Shown: positions 1 through 12,100 of the stretch, in pieces | How the letters are laid out: each line of letters opens with the position of its first letter | Position numbering within the stretch: the stretch's first letter is position 1 | NCBI GenBank assembly: GCA_965644295.1 | Contig: CBFFRP010000074.1 | Coordinates: 62,001-126,000, forward strand | Source: Paraphysomonas bandaiensis | Lineage: Eukaryota; Protista; Chrysophyceae | DNA length: 64,000 nt | Reading direction: 5' to 3' | Made by a program: the position numbers and the translations under genes | Notes under the pieces: model-generated | Told to the model about the DNA's origin: nothing | What the model saw: the letters and a program-made list of their open reading frames with translations, nothing else | Database searches by the model: none

Positions 1-546
1 AATATATATATATTAAACATGGTAATAATCTGCTCTCTATATATGCTGGCTGCGTAAACAGCTAATGAAGAGGCCATTGCAGTAACCGTGCGGGTATATA
101 TAACTTCGACATAGTAGAAAAAGCACAATACCTATCTGAAAGCTTCTCGTGTGCACTATGAATGGCCTGGAATAGTGGTGTCGTCTGAGGGTTCTTATCT
201 GTAGAAGCTGTTGTCAAAAACACACGCCTACTTCATCTTCGTACACACCTGGGTGGTACTTGAGAGCCATCTTCTTATATGCTTTTCTAACATCAACAGT
301 CTGAGCACCAATAGGCAACCCCAGTGCTTCGTACGGGGAGTTGGCTAGTAGAGCAAGCCCTTTCTTAAGAGTGGCTCCCGCATCCACCACACCAGGTGGT
401 GGAGTACCCTCTGAAACCGCCGACATATCATTCTTCAAGAGTAATTCTACTCCTTCTTTCGCCTCTTGACCGGTTCCTTTGGAGATTAATACCTGAGCTC
501 GCTTGGAAATGTCCACAGGAACATATATTGAGGGAGGAGCATTCAT
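1..546 (-). CDS. DnaJ/Hsp40 J-domain protein (multi-exon; 3' end not defined, probably runs off the window start)
   Basis: ORF 214..546 ends PYEALGL..VRKAYKKMALKYHP. Removing a 50-nt GT-AG intron (248..199) restores HPDKNPQTTPLFQAIHSAHEKLSD, the canonical J-domain HPD motif. Confidence 0.85.
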
Positions 547-1251
547 ATGCTGATTAATTTATGACTCTACTGATAGGGAGTGATTTCGGTTGAATTATGA
601 GAGTTAAATAGATGAAAAGGAGGGGAAATAATGATGATTAAGTTGTTGAAAGGATGGGAAGGGTGGAAATGAATAACATTCTTGGATATGTTAAGTATTA
701 ATATCAAACAAATGAGGAATAGCTTTACAGATGTCTGTATATGATATTAACAGTTAAATACTGTCATATAGTATAGTACATATAATACAGAGATAATACT
801 GTGTTGTAGGAAAATAACTCCTGCTTTTTGGGTGTATATTTCAGTGATTTTGTATCGAAACCACAGAAATATAGAAACATTTGTAGGATATATAAGGAAA
901 AAAAATCATAGGCAATATATATACATCTATACGTTAAATTCCACGTATATCGTGTAGTAAATCGGGGAATACATCGTTCTATATTCTATATACACTGCAC
1001 TGCTACTGTGTAGTATATTCATATACATATACTTCATATAGGAGCATATGGTCTGTTGCATTGCGTATATATGTATATATCATAACTAGCTAATCCACTG
1101 ACTTAACAGCAATAACAGTGTATAGTGTGCTATCTACAAGCAAAGAATATTACTTGATATTTTGATAATCTCAATCCCTCATCTCTTCACAAGTAAAGCA
1201 TAAGTAATTCACTATTGAAGTAATTCCTGTATTTATAAACTGTGAAACAAG

Positions 1252-1932
1252 ATGCTCCGAGATGTTATTGGATTGAAGAACAGCCAAATCGTGGAAGATG
1301 AATTAGGAGATTTAATTGAACAGCTCAAAGTGCTTGGATGGAAAGATATGCGCCCTTGGAATGAATTTTTTGCTGTCTTTAAACCTCCCCAGTGGGATTA
1401 TAGATCACTCGAACAAAGAATTACAGCTAATTTTTTATTCTACCGAACGAATTATGTGGCAATATTTTGTGGAGTTTTTGTGGTGCGCATTATACTCGCT
1501 CCAGTATTATTTCTATGCATTACCTTGTGTGCCGCGGGCTCTTTTGCTACCATTACATTATGGAAGGATACGTTACGTGTTGGAGATATTGAAATCAACG
1601 AGAAGATGAAAATGACAATTTGTGCTGTCATTTCATTTGTGTTCTTGGGACTCTGTGGGGCTCTTGAGTTTCTTTTATGGGGAAGTATTATAGGTTTATT
1701 CCTGGTTTCGTTACATATGGTATTCCGACCGAGAAGTGTTTCTTCCCAGGGAAACAAGTATTATGAGGAGTCGAAACTGTCCAATCACGACTGGAGTGGA
1801 ACTTATGCTACGCCAAGTTCCGCTGCCATTTTGACTAAGGATGACCCCGAGGCCCCAGTTGCAGCGTCACAAGAGCCCAATGATATCTATAGAGGTGGCC
1901 TCACATCAACGTCTATGAGGAAACGGAACTGA
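1252..1932 (+). CDS. PRA1 (prenylated Rab acceptor) family membrane protein
   Basis: MRPWNEFF..F..P, RITANFLFYRTNY, two long hydrophobic hairpins, then LHMVFRPRS: typical PRA1 motifs. Intronless, 226 aa. Confidence 0.9.
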   Translation: MLRDVIGLKNSQIVEDELGDLIEQLKVLGWKDMRPWNEFFAVFKPPQWDYRSLEQRITANFLFYRTNYVAIFCGVFVVRIILAPVLFLCITLCAAGSFATITLWKDTLRVGDIEINEKMKMTICAVISFVFLGLCGALEFLLWGSIIGLFLVSLHMVFRPRSVSSQGNKYYEESKLSNHDWSGTYATPSSAAILTKDDPEAPVAASQEPNDIYRGGLTSTSMRKRN

Positions 1933-2787
1933 TTCCTAGCTAGGTGCATGAGATTGGATATGAATGGATGAGCATAGCGTTGTGCAGTAAAAGTAGTGGT
2001 ATTTAAATAGTGTATTCCGCTCATTGTAGGGTAGTTTTTCCTGGTGTAATAACTTTGTTTTGATACCTTTACTGACAAGATGTGGGCATCAGGTGTTTTA
2101 CTTTTTACTTGTATGGGGGCTTGCCATAACTAGCATTACTTGACTACAGCAGGCTGCACCCTATGATTATTTTAATTTATAATTGTGTGAATGTTCTCAA
2201 AGGTTAAAAAGACAGAAAAGCTGGTGCGATATAAAGCAATGTTCTAAATGCACTGCACGGAGTACCGGAACTCAGGCAGAATAGTGCTTCCGAATCCCGA
2301 ACGAATCCCAATTAGGTTCCCTTCGCATTGACAGTGAAGTGCCTTTTCGACTCTGCTTTTAAGTTACAACTACATATCGTTGACTTTTATGCTGCTATAC
2401 GCTTACTAACATTCTGTAGCTAGGTTGAGCACCCCTAACTACTAACTAGTCGACTTAATAACATTTTTGTGCTTTCTGTATTCACAACATCCATTCGGAG
2501 CATACAACGTAATTCATAAGTGTACTAGTTATTCAACTTATATCATATAGCTCATTCCATGTCCCGGAGCACGCTTCTTTTCTGTTCAGCTATATTTGGA
2601 CCGTTTACTTTTGAAGCTTCATTTACCGTGTAGTGTGGTATGTAGTCCTAGTTTGTTATTTTTAATATACGCATTTCACCCCACAGCTCTTATCATAGTA
2701 ATACATTAAAAAAAGATTCATTAGTCGTATACACAAGCAGGAATATATATTATAGGATTTAAGACATTGAATGCAAAATAACATGCC

Positions 2788-3396
2788 TCAGTCGTCATTC
2801 AGTTTTACATTTTCAAGTCTGTTATTTACTTCGGCCATTAATGCTCTAAAATCCCTTTGGAACACATCACTGTTATTGTCGTTGTGAATAACAAAGTCCC
2901 AGTTATTGTATCGGTCAAGGCCACACTCCGAGTCTACGTCATCCACCCCAGTTGTGAATTCCCAACCCCTTTCCTTGCGAGTTTCGTCACTCGACACAAT
3001 TCGAACAGTTTTCGTAAGAGCTCCCCATAGCGGATGAGAAAGAAAGTACTCAATGTCAGTTGATCTTCTAGCATCTGATATAATTAGTACGGATTTATCG
3101 GCTCCTTGACATGTTAACCGTGCGAAATATCCAGGATCAGCATTTCTCTTCTCCACACCCCATCGAATCATATCCTCTCTATACCTCTCTTTGTATGAAT
3201 CCGCACTTAACAAACGTTCATAATCCAATCCATGTTCATCAGCATAAGCTTTTTTTAAAGGCGCCGATAGACGTCTGATTTCACAGACATCACTAGAGAG
3301 CTCTTGTGCAATTAAATCCGTCACAAAGTCTTTACCGCTTTTTCGTTTGCCACTAAATACCAAAACAATAGATTGAGGACATTGAGGGGTCGTCAT
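2788..3396 (-). CDS. PMVK: Phosphomevalonate kinase, animal (NMP-kinase fold) type
   Basis: P-loop FSGKRKSGKDFV, LSAPLKKAYA, YKERYREDMIRWG, ISDARR, RGWEFTTGVDDVDSECGLD all match animal-type PMVK. Confidence 0.93.
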   Translation of the reverse strand: MTTPQCPQSIVLVFSGKRKSGKDFVTDLIAQELSSDVCEIRRLSAPLKKAYADEHGLDYERLLSADSYKERYREDMIRWGVEKRNADPGYFARLTCQGADKSVLIISDARRSTDIEYFLSHPLWGALTKTVRIVSSDETRKERGWEFTTGVDDVDSECGLDRYNNWDFVIHNDNNSDVFQRDFRALMAEVNNRLENVKLNDD

Positions 3397-4734
3397 GATT
3401 TACCAGGGGTGGCTATGCAGGTCTCTTATTGTATATGCTCATATAGTGAAATTGTTGGGTAGTTTTGTGGACAGTAAGAGCAGTTCTACACTGTATCAAA
3501 ACTGTATATTTTTGTGACAAAATATGCCAATTTCGTGAGTAAAAGTCACAGTTTCCAGTAGATTACTAGAAAAAAGGAAACTTTTTCGCAGCCTGAAAGA
3601 TACGCAGACCTGCTTGACTTAATGTACCCACACTGAGTACATACATACATGGAGATGGTGATTTAAAAGGATAACAGCCAGTTCACTGTTACAATGCATC
3701 TTTGTCCTATTATCTCGCTTGTATAATGTTGATAGGTGCCGTGCTATAGAAGCTATGAGATAAAGATATTAATGTAAATCTTATTGATTCTTATCAACTG
3801 AATTATTGAGATTGTATGATCCACAAACATACATATGAGCTTAGATAGTAGCAGCTCTATGCTTGTATGTGATGATTTAGCCTGGTATAGTTTATGATAC
3901 TCCATCGTCGGATGCAGTGCGTGGGAGTTGTGTGCGTATAGTAGATGGATTACTATTCTATAGTTTGAGACAGATTCTTTGTCAGGTAGTACGCAATCGT
4001 CAACACTTTTTCTCTTCTTTGAGATGAATTCTTCACTTTGTATTAATGTTTCAGCATTTAGCATTTAGCAAAGTTGAATAATATCTATGAACTGTCAAAA
4101 GGCTTTCAATATTTGACATTAGCTTATAACCAATATCTTTTAACATAAAGCGTCTGATTAATCTCGTGTATTGGGTTTACCAAATATATATGTACTACTG
4201 ATATGTACTACTACCAAATATATATGTACTGCGTAATTAATTTACTACCATTAATGGAGTTATATATTATGAAAAGGTTACTTAATAGTCTTAAACTGTT
4301 CGATATAATACTGTTAAAAAAGTGATCGTAGCATTTATTCTTTATTCAATATTCTGTAGGTACATCTATGTGACGATTCACTCTACATCATGCGCTCAAT
4401 AATCAACAATATAATAATTGGAGCAGATATCTGACCCAACTATAATATTATGATCGGGCTATCCATTGCTAAAAATTATTTCTGTGCTGGTCGTGACGAT
4501 GTTGCCATGGTTGTATAAAGCTAAAATATATCGTTTCAGAATAGATATAATGAAACATGCGTGTACTTTTCAACTCGTAACTCAATGAGAGTAGGAATGA
4601 TGGCTGTATTAATGGTCATAAAACAAAGTGCATGCCAAGCATTGAGACTGGTACAAATGACATAATGATATGTACTGCTCAACACTATTGACTACTGGCT
4701 TCTATATCAAATATCATTAAAAAAAGTGAATAAA

Positions 4735-5730
4735 TTACAAAACCGTAGGCTGGGATGACTTCCGCCGCTTCAATCGCTCCCTCAAATTCGTATGTCGATA
4801 TGAGCGGTAGGCGTGTCCATTATGAATGCTATAATTCTTTCGTGATCCGTATACAACTTCCGGTGTAAGATGAGAACAAGGAGATGGCAGAGTATAGTTG
4901 AAACAATAATAGTCATCATATAATAGCCAACAGAGCGCTCTGACGTAGCGCTCATCTGTGAGAGCATTGTTGAAGGCGTGCTTTGCAGAAATCCATCCGG
5001 ATGAGGGGTGATTAATGATGGAGCTATTGAACTTATTCTCAAAACCAGCAGCTGCCGCCACTACACCCCAGTCAGTCGTAAAGTTCTCAAGTTTCCCAAC
5101 ATACGACACATTGTATTCAGCTCTAAGTGCTCCGCTCATCGAATAAACATGAGGCGCATTCGAAAGACTTTTTATATTTAGGTCAAGTAGGTTATTTATT
5201 TCGCGCTTTAGCTCTGAAGCACTAATGTTGGCCGAATTTGTCGTCCTACACAATTCACCACAGCGCACAAGATACTCTCGCATCCCTGCCTCAAAATGAC
5301 TGATTGGTTCACGGACGAATGTAAAAACAAATGGCTTGATGCTATATTCATGAAGGTAAGACAGATAGGCTGTCGTGTTTTCATGAAACGTGGGGTGACC
5401 GTTCAATGCATGATTGCGCCGGTGGAGAGATTGTCGTCGTAAATTGGCACGAATAACTGAACTACCACACTTGTAGATATTTACATACGTAGTAGGTTGA
5501 ATAGTGGTGTTGTATAGACCAACACCGCTTGAAAAGCTGTAAAATATAGATATAAGGCCCTTTTCGTATTCTGAAAGCCGTTTATCAACCATACCAACAG
5601 CTGCACGAGCCATGGTCCACTGATGTAGATGCTGTTCAATGGTATGGTGTGGGCAAGTCACATAGCCAGTAGTAAAAGTTGAAAGAAGTACGAATGCCAT
5701 CGAGATAATCTTGATGGAAACATACACCAT
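4735..5730 (-). CDS. Golgi-type (carbohydrate) sulfotransferase family protein
   Basis: N-terminal hydrophobic anchor, 5'-PSB-like YVNIYKCGSS, 3'-PB-like FTFVREPISHFEAG, YVGKLENF, terminal LYDDYYCFNY. First in-frame ATG at 5730. Confidence 0.8.
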   Translation of the reverse strand: MVYVSIKIISMAFVLLSTFTTGYVTCPHHTIEQHLHQWTMARAAVGMVDKRLSEYEKGLISIFYSFSSGVGLYNTTIQPTTYVNIYKCGSSVIRANLRRQSLHRRNHALNGHPTFHENTTAYLSYLHEYSIKPFVFTFVREPISHFEAGMREYLVRCGELCRTTNSANISASELKREINNLLDLNIKSLSNAPHVYSMSGALRAEYNVSYVGKLENFTTDWGVVAAAAGFENKFNSSIINHPSSGWISAKHAFNNALTDERYVRALCWLLYDDYYCFNYTLPSPCSHLTPEVVYGSRKNYSIHNGHAYRSYRHTNLRERLKRRKSSQPTVL

Positions 5731-6144
5731 GACAGTCCACAAAATGTGGACGGAATTGCAATCCCTCTACTCCTCGTTCCTGTGTGTATACGTGTGATAA
5801 CAATACATTTTAAATCTCACACACAATCCTCTCACACAACAACAACTTTTGTAATGGCTATGTGACTGAAAGGTGAATGGTTACGTTGCTTGTGTACCCC
5901 TGTATAAACCACTTATCCAGCCAAGTACGTAGCCCACTGCTACAAGATACTATACAACAATAATCATAACTACAAAAAACAGGTGCCAAAACAAATGAAA
6001 TCAATATTATAGAGAATATACAAATATGATTGGCTGTTAAGAATCTTTTTCGAACTCGAAACAAGTATAGCAAATAAAATTTATGAAATGCAGTAATAAT
6101 CACAATGATTGGTTGACTTCATATTTACCATATGTATACATAGA

Positions 6145-6289
6145 ATCGGCATCCTTTGTATATTTTTGTTCCAAGATGCCTCAAATATTGAGACAATAAT
6201 TATCTGTATTCCAGCCGTAGTTGTACTGCAGTAATATAAAAAGAATTTTGCTTCAATTTATTCCCGAAAACGATGCTGACTGCCGATAC
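6145..6289. mobile_element. ~145-bp MITE-like dispersed repeat, copy 1
   Basis: Aligns over its length with 16773..16919. Ends ATCGGCA...TGCCGAT are reverse complements; internal GGCATC...GATGCC stem. Confidence 0.6.
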
Positions 6290-6490
6290 GATAGAAAGTG
6301 TAGGATAGAAAGTATCTATAGAACCATATGGTTCTCTCATCGCCCATGTGTCTACTTCATATCTATCACTTCCTTCATATATACCTATAGGCTAACTATG
6401 TATCATATGCTCACTCATGTATCTTGACTTCATAAGATTGACTTGACTATACTCATATATATAGTTACATATACAGATACATCACTAACA

Positions 6491-7857
6491 ATGACCTCTT
6501 CCAGTCTATCTCATCAAACAAGTCACTCATTAACACTCATCTCTCATAATGAAAGTTTAATTTTACAATACGATGAAGCGAATGATCTCAATTCATATGT
6601 ACGTTACTTATATATACATATAGCGAGATGTTTATATATATATTCTATTAGTGTTTCTGTGTATCGTTACACGAGCTTATATCTACATTATGTGGCATAT
6701 GGAAACACACGGATGCTTCAAGGATATCATATGAACGTCTATCTACAGCAATGTCCAATCGAGTCTTTGTAGTAAGGAATGACAACTCGATAGAAAACAC
6801 TGTAGAGCCTATGGTCGTTTTAGTCAGAGTATTGGGTTCTTCAGGACATATACAAACATCACCTGCAGAGGTGAGATTTGATGCTGTTGTTTTACATGAA
6901 AGTATTCATATGTATACTATTCAGAAGGAACGTCAACGTATTCTGTTTGCCGCTGGTTTAGTCCCCAGATGGTTTGGCATTTTCGGTAACGGTAGAGTTG
7001 AGGAATTTATCACGTGTGAACCAATTTCTGCGAGTACTTTCCGTACACCCGAAGTATTCCACTCTCTAGCAAGGAAGTTACATAAAGTTCATTCTCTTTT
7101 ACCGCACATGGTGACATCTCAAGCATGCTCCATTCGTGATGGTTTGTGGGAAAAACTGACTGGACAACAAGACAAAGCTATGAAGGCTATGGAAACCTTG
7201 CGTCATCTTTATTGCAAAGGATCTGCAGAAAAAGGCAATTCTGAACGAAACGATGTACTGCAAGATATATCCCAGTGGGGGCTTTTTGATTACACATCCA
7301 CTCCCCTTCTATCCGCAGCACTAAGTTCTTCCTCACCACTCGTGTATGCCCATTGTGACTTACATCATTGTAATGCACTGCTTATCCCGTCTCAAGATAA
7401 TTCTTCATACCCCTCCTGGAAGAGTGTCTTTCAAGACGGTTACCTTATCATCGACTATGAGTATGCAATGGTCACCACTCGAGGATTTGACATCGCGAAT
7501 TTTATATGTGAAACAACTGCTGACTACGAGAGCTCTTTGCCGCATGTAATGGACTGGGGTATATTCCCCTGTAAGGAGAAAAGAATTCAAATGTATGTCG
7601 AATACTTGAGAGAGGAGGTTCATATCGATTCTTTGTGTAGCAAAGATCTGCTCTCATCGTGTCTTAGCTTAGACAATGAGGTAATGGCATATGTGCCATT
7701 TGTGCACCTCCAGTGGGCCCATTGGGGAATTATCAAGGCATCGGAAACGCCTTTCAAGCCAGGAGATTTTGATTACCTTATGTACGCTTATAGTAGATAC
7801 AAAGAATATATGAAGCACGTTCTTTGTATGAATACTAACAATGATTCTTCAGAGTAG
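6491..7857 (+). CDS. Choline/ethanolamine kinase (2 exons)
   Basis: Brenner motif AHCDLHHCNAL, IIDYEYA..RGFDIANF.CE, GRVEEFI, W..WGII, FDYL.YA..RY. Predicted exon 1 at 6491..6598 and phase-0 intron 6599..6651 give ...W.....ISYERLSTAMSNRVF. Confidence 0.9.
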
Positions 7858-7965
7858 CCAATTCCTTTATACCTGAGTTGATTATGCTTCTAGACAGTGT
7901 ATATAATTGCATTAAACAATATAGCAGTGAACTCCGTGAATGTTTTATTATTAATATAACAAACT

Positions 7966-8427
7966 GGCGTGTAAGAGTCAGAACTAATGTAGCGTTGCAA
8001 TTAACTAACTGGTTCTTAACTCTGATATCCTACTATATCTAACGCTACGAAAGCTCCTTGTGCGTCCCAGCAAGAACCACTTTCGCTCAATCACTCAGAG
8101 CAAACGCAGAGAGAAAGCAGAATGGTGATATACCTGACATCTGCTAACTTCAGGACTTTTTAGTCCTTAAGGTAAACGGCCCAGATACTTGACTTCAGCA
8201 GGTAGCCCAATACCCTCGATGTCCTTGAGGTGGTCCCAGTCCCGGATGCTCTTGAAGTGGGTCCATTCCCAGATGCCTGTTCATTCGTCAGGGCCCAAAG
8301 ACGTCAACACAAGTGACACTTATTGGGCTATGAGTGGAAAATTAGCTGCTTTTTATGTTTGCAGCTCACGTTAGTTACCCCGGAGTAATATATCCGGTAC
8401 TTATCTCCCAGAACACCACGAAAAGGT
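7966..8427 (+). repeat. Dispersed repeat family X, longest copy (A)
   Basis: Collinear similarity to 50584..50934 at both ends (GGCGTRTAAGAGTCAGAA.. and ..CTCACGTTAGTT..CCGG..CCAGAACACCACGAAAAGGT), and to 62573..62810 and 20641..20715. Confidence 0.8.
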
Positions 8428-9175
8428 GCGAGTCCGACATTGTTGAGGGATTAAACAATGATGAGGCTTTATAAAATATATAATCTAATTGCATGAATAT
8501 ATAGTTTTCAGCAACACTATGCTATATGCTATATTATACGTGTTGGAATACGTATGGTTCTCTAAGATAGTCCAGTTTAGTTACTATAAACTTTTCTCAA
8601 CGATCTTAATTCTTAAAATGACCAATAGTCAATAATACGATGTTGTTGCTGATATTGCGCTAATATAAAGGTATTTTCTAGATTACGCATAACGCTTAGA
8701 GCCTCATATATTCGATATCTAATGTACACCACGCTTGGCACTTAGAGTATCAGCTTTTCGAACTATTTCTAACTTCTCTAATTACTCGACAGAAATTGTG
8801 ACTTCTATAGTTCATTTGGGCTGTGGCAACTACAGCGCAATGAAACGAAGGTACATGGGTATCATAATGAAATGAAACAAAAGTACATGGGTATCATACA
8901 CATAACTAATTAATATTCCTCCTATTAGTAGTAAACACAACACACGGCAGTTGTCTTATATTTACAGCAGTTCATGCATATGCTTAACTATATCTCAAAC
9001 CGCCATAAACTCTGCAATGCACGTTTGCTTCAGATAGTTCCAATAACAAGAACCTACTACTAATTCACTACAATATAGCAAAAACGCATTACATGGACTT
9101 CCACACCTAGTCGTGAAACACCACCACATACAGCCCATCTACTGCACAGACTATAGAGAACGAAGCTTTCAATAG

Positions 9176-12100
9176 TTACTTCGCGTTCGAGTATCTGGCA
9201 ATGCTGTTAATATGAGTCACCCAGATGTCAGCACTGGTAGATTCTCCACTGGGTACAGTCAAGCGAAAAGTACGGCTGTCTATAGCTACATTGAATGTCG
9301 TTGAGTTCACCTGCACGAAGACGATTACGATTGAAAGGATACTGCTCACAAGTGCAATGAACATCACACCACAATCAGTATACGTTGCATTCATTCATAG
9401 AATCACTCCTATGCTGATATAACAGTTTATGCGTAACTATAAAATTCTAGACAGACATATGTAGAACACTATATACAGCAAAAAACAGTATTATATATAT
9501 ATTTATATCACTACCCGACTACATCAAAGTAAAAAAAATCTTACCACTTCAGCCATCGGAGGATGAGATTGGGTCCATTCCACCTCTCCCTTGACTTTCA
9601 TTGTCGCTGGGTCTACGTAAAATAGCCTTGGTAGAGCATCGTTGTTCTGCCCTTCCTGGAGCGCCATCCTAGCAGTTAGAACCAGTTGCCGAGTCTGTGC
9701 CATGCCGTATTTATTGCGCTTAACCACTAACCCGGTGCATATCACACTCTCACCCTCATCCAAAAATTCGCTCCACTTGCAATCAGACTTATTGTCACTT
9801 GGAATCGATGCAGTGTTAGAATCAGTCTCCGGTTCAATGGTATGCCCATCGTCAACACTGGATAACTGTCTGAATAGCGGGCTTTCATCAGGTTCCTCCG
9901 AAATGGTTCGCGTTGATTGCTGTGCTTGTACATATCTCTCATGCTCCTCTATACGTAGCGTCAACCCTTCTATCCATCGATCCCTTTCAGCTTCACTATC
10001 AGCATGAAGGTACAAACATCGTCCTGGGCCAGATATAATAAAAGCATGTTCTTTGTGGCCTTGGACTTCTACGGGATCCAACGGGGCCACGACGCATCCC
10101 TTGGTGTTAAACTCTCCCTTGAGTTTTTTTCGACCATCATAGTAGCTCAGTCGACATCCTGTTAGAACAAAGCTACGACGCTTCCAATTTTTCACCTTCG
10201 CTCCTTGCTTTGAAAGTACTCCTGTCATTACAGTTGACAACAGCGAATAGTCTTCATCTTCATCACTGTCTCCTCGCCCCTCTTGCCCATGCCCACCCGA
10301 TATTGATAAACCGTGGGCATCAGACGAAGCGGTGTCTATAGTGTCTATGCTACTGGAACGACGAGCCCTCTTTTGGGCGTCACCATGTACAGGAGGTGGG
10401 TCAACAACTGAGCTATCTTCATGCTTAAAGCTTACTCGCCGGGCCCCGTGACCATTTCCAGCAGCTACATGCTCAGCAGGGTCACTGTTGCGGGTTCCAT
10501 GTCTGTAATCCAGGGGAGAAAATGCACCTGTACCTACACTGGAGGAGGGGTACTCCTCCTCGCCAGCTGCTTCATCTATCTTCCTCTGCAAAAGCAGAGA
10601 GAGTTCGTGAAATTCTCTCATATCTAGCTCATTTAAAAATTTATTTGGGGCAGAAGTACTTCTATTGGACAATTTGAGTTGGAACAAGTCTGATACAGTC
10701 GCTTCTGTTAAAAGGCCAGCATCAATGGCACTTCGGAGCTGCGTCCACTGCAAGAGGGACTTCTCCGATACACCGTCGTTGGCTATTAGAGAACTGTACG
10801 CTATTTGAATATCATCCGGTATGTCGAATTCGCCTGGCGTATCAGGGTGTGTGACTGATGACGAGTTGCCATTCGCTCTCTCCTCAGCAAGCAATTCTAG
10901 TTGCTCCATTAGAGTGCAAAACCCTTCAAAATCAACATACGTGTTGTCCTCACTGCAGGAAACGTTGTCAAATTCACGCAAAACCACATCCATGGGAAGG
11001 ATGTCCTGGCTAGTCACATTCTGGATCTGTTCCCACTCCAGAAATACATCCTTGGAGACACGGTAAGCCTCTTCAACCTCTTCAGGCGACTCTGATGAAG
11101 TGGCAGAGGTAGAGGTCGGGTTATAGGCTATACTCATGAAGGCCTCAAACAAAGCTGAGCGGTGAATATCACGTAAAGAAATAGTGGATGATCTGGTCTC
11201 TGTCTGTGTGAAAGATAAACGCTCTTCATCGCCTTCTTCGACCTCTTGGGATGCAGATTGGGATAAATACGAGACTAGCTCCTCACTTGAAGCCTCGTTA
11301 GGAACGATAGAGTGTCTTGCCAGCTGGAGGAGTGCCTCATCTGCTGTAGACAGCCTACTTACCTTTTCAGTAGGCTTTTCTAGTTTACTTGGCCCCGAAC
11401 GGGTTTCTAATGTCATTAGCATACGCAGCGCTTCCTCGGGTGATATCACAGGCTTGGGCGCAGGTTCATCAGTGGTTGGTACAGGGACATCAGGTGGGGT
11501 CTGGAAAGGCACGTGTGAGGCATTTTGTTGTCCGGACAAAGAGTGACGGGCAAGGTATAGTAGTTCTTCGTCTTCCTTCGAGAGGGCATACTTGAGCTCC
11601 TTTCTGGCAGTGTCAGCTTGCGAGTGTTCCATGGGGAGATCTTTGAGAGTCTGTACATCGTCGTCGTTGACTTGTCTGTACAGAGAACGCCGAGCCAGTC
11701 TCAGTAGAGCAGCATCCTGTGGACTAATGCCGGAACTTCTGCTTCCCGTGCTTCCACGCCTCTTCGCAGATAGCTTCTTAGATAAAGGAGTTTTCTCTGA
11801 CCCCGCAGGGAGAGTCATATCAGCAGACGGGGACGAGGGCAGCGAAGATGCATACATACTACCACTACGCCTGGAGCGCGTTGGATTCAGAGTGCTAGGG
11901 GAGGCCTCCATCATATCAGATACAGTTTGGCGATGACCATCTAAGGGGTCTGATAGTCCTTCGGCTTTTATATCACGAGAGTCTACCCCGACCTCCTTCA
12001 CCTCTTTGTCAATAACTGTCACTTTCTCGGCATCAGCATTGGCTATTTCTGCATCATCAGTGATCACCCCAACACCATGCTGTACTACGTCTTCATCTAC

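Noticed and set aside
214-260. J-domain apparently with HPG instead of HPD
   Set aside because: A 50-nt intron splits the codon; splicing restores HPD.
3455-3600. Weak similarity among A/T-tract promoter segments (3455-3600, 25530-25640, 48545-48610, 57560-57660)
   Set aside because: Similarity is low and driven by homopolymer tracts; homology could not be established by eye.
3753-4064. 103-aa ORF and many other 60-170 aa ORFs in AT-rich gaps or antisense to genes (e.g. 27679..28152)
   Set aside because: No recognisable motifs, compositionally non-coding, or antisense shadows.
8859-8898. Short local tandem duplications (also ~4178-4230)
   Set aside because: Two copies only; ordinary slippage products.
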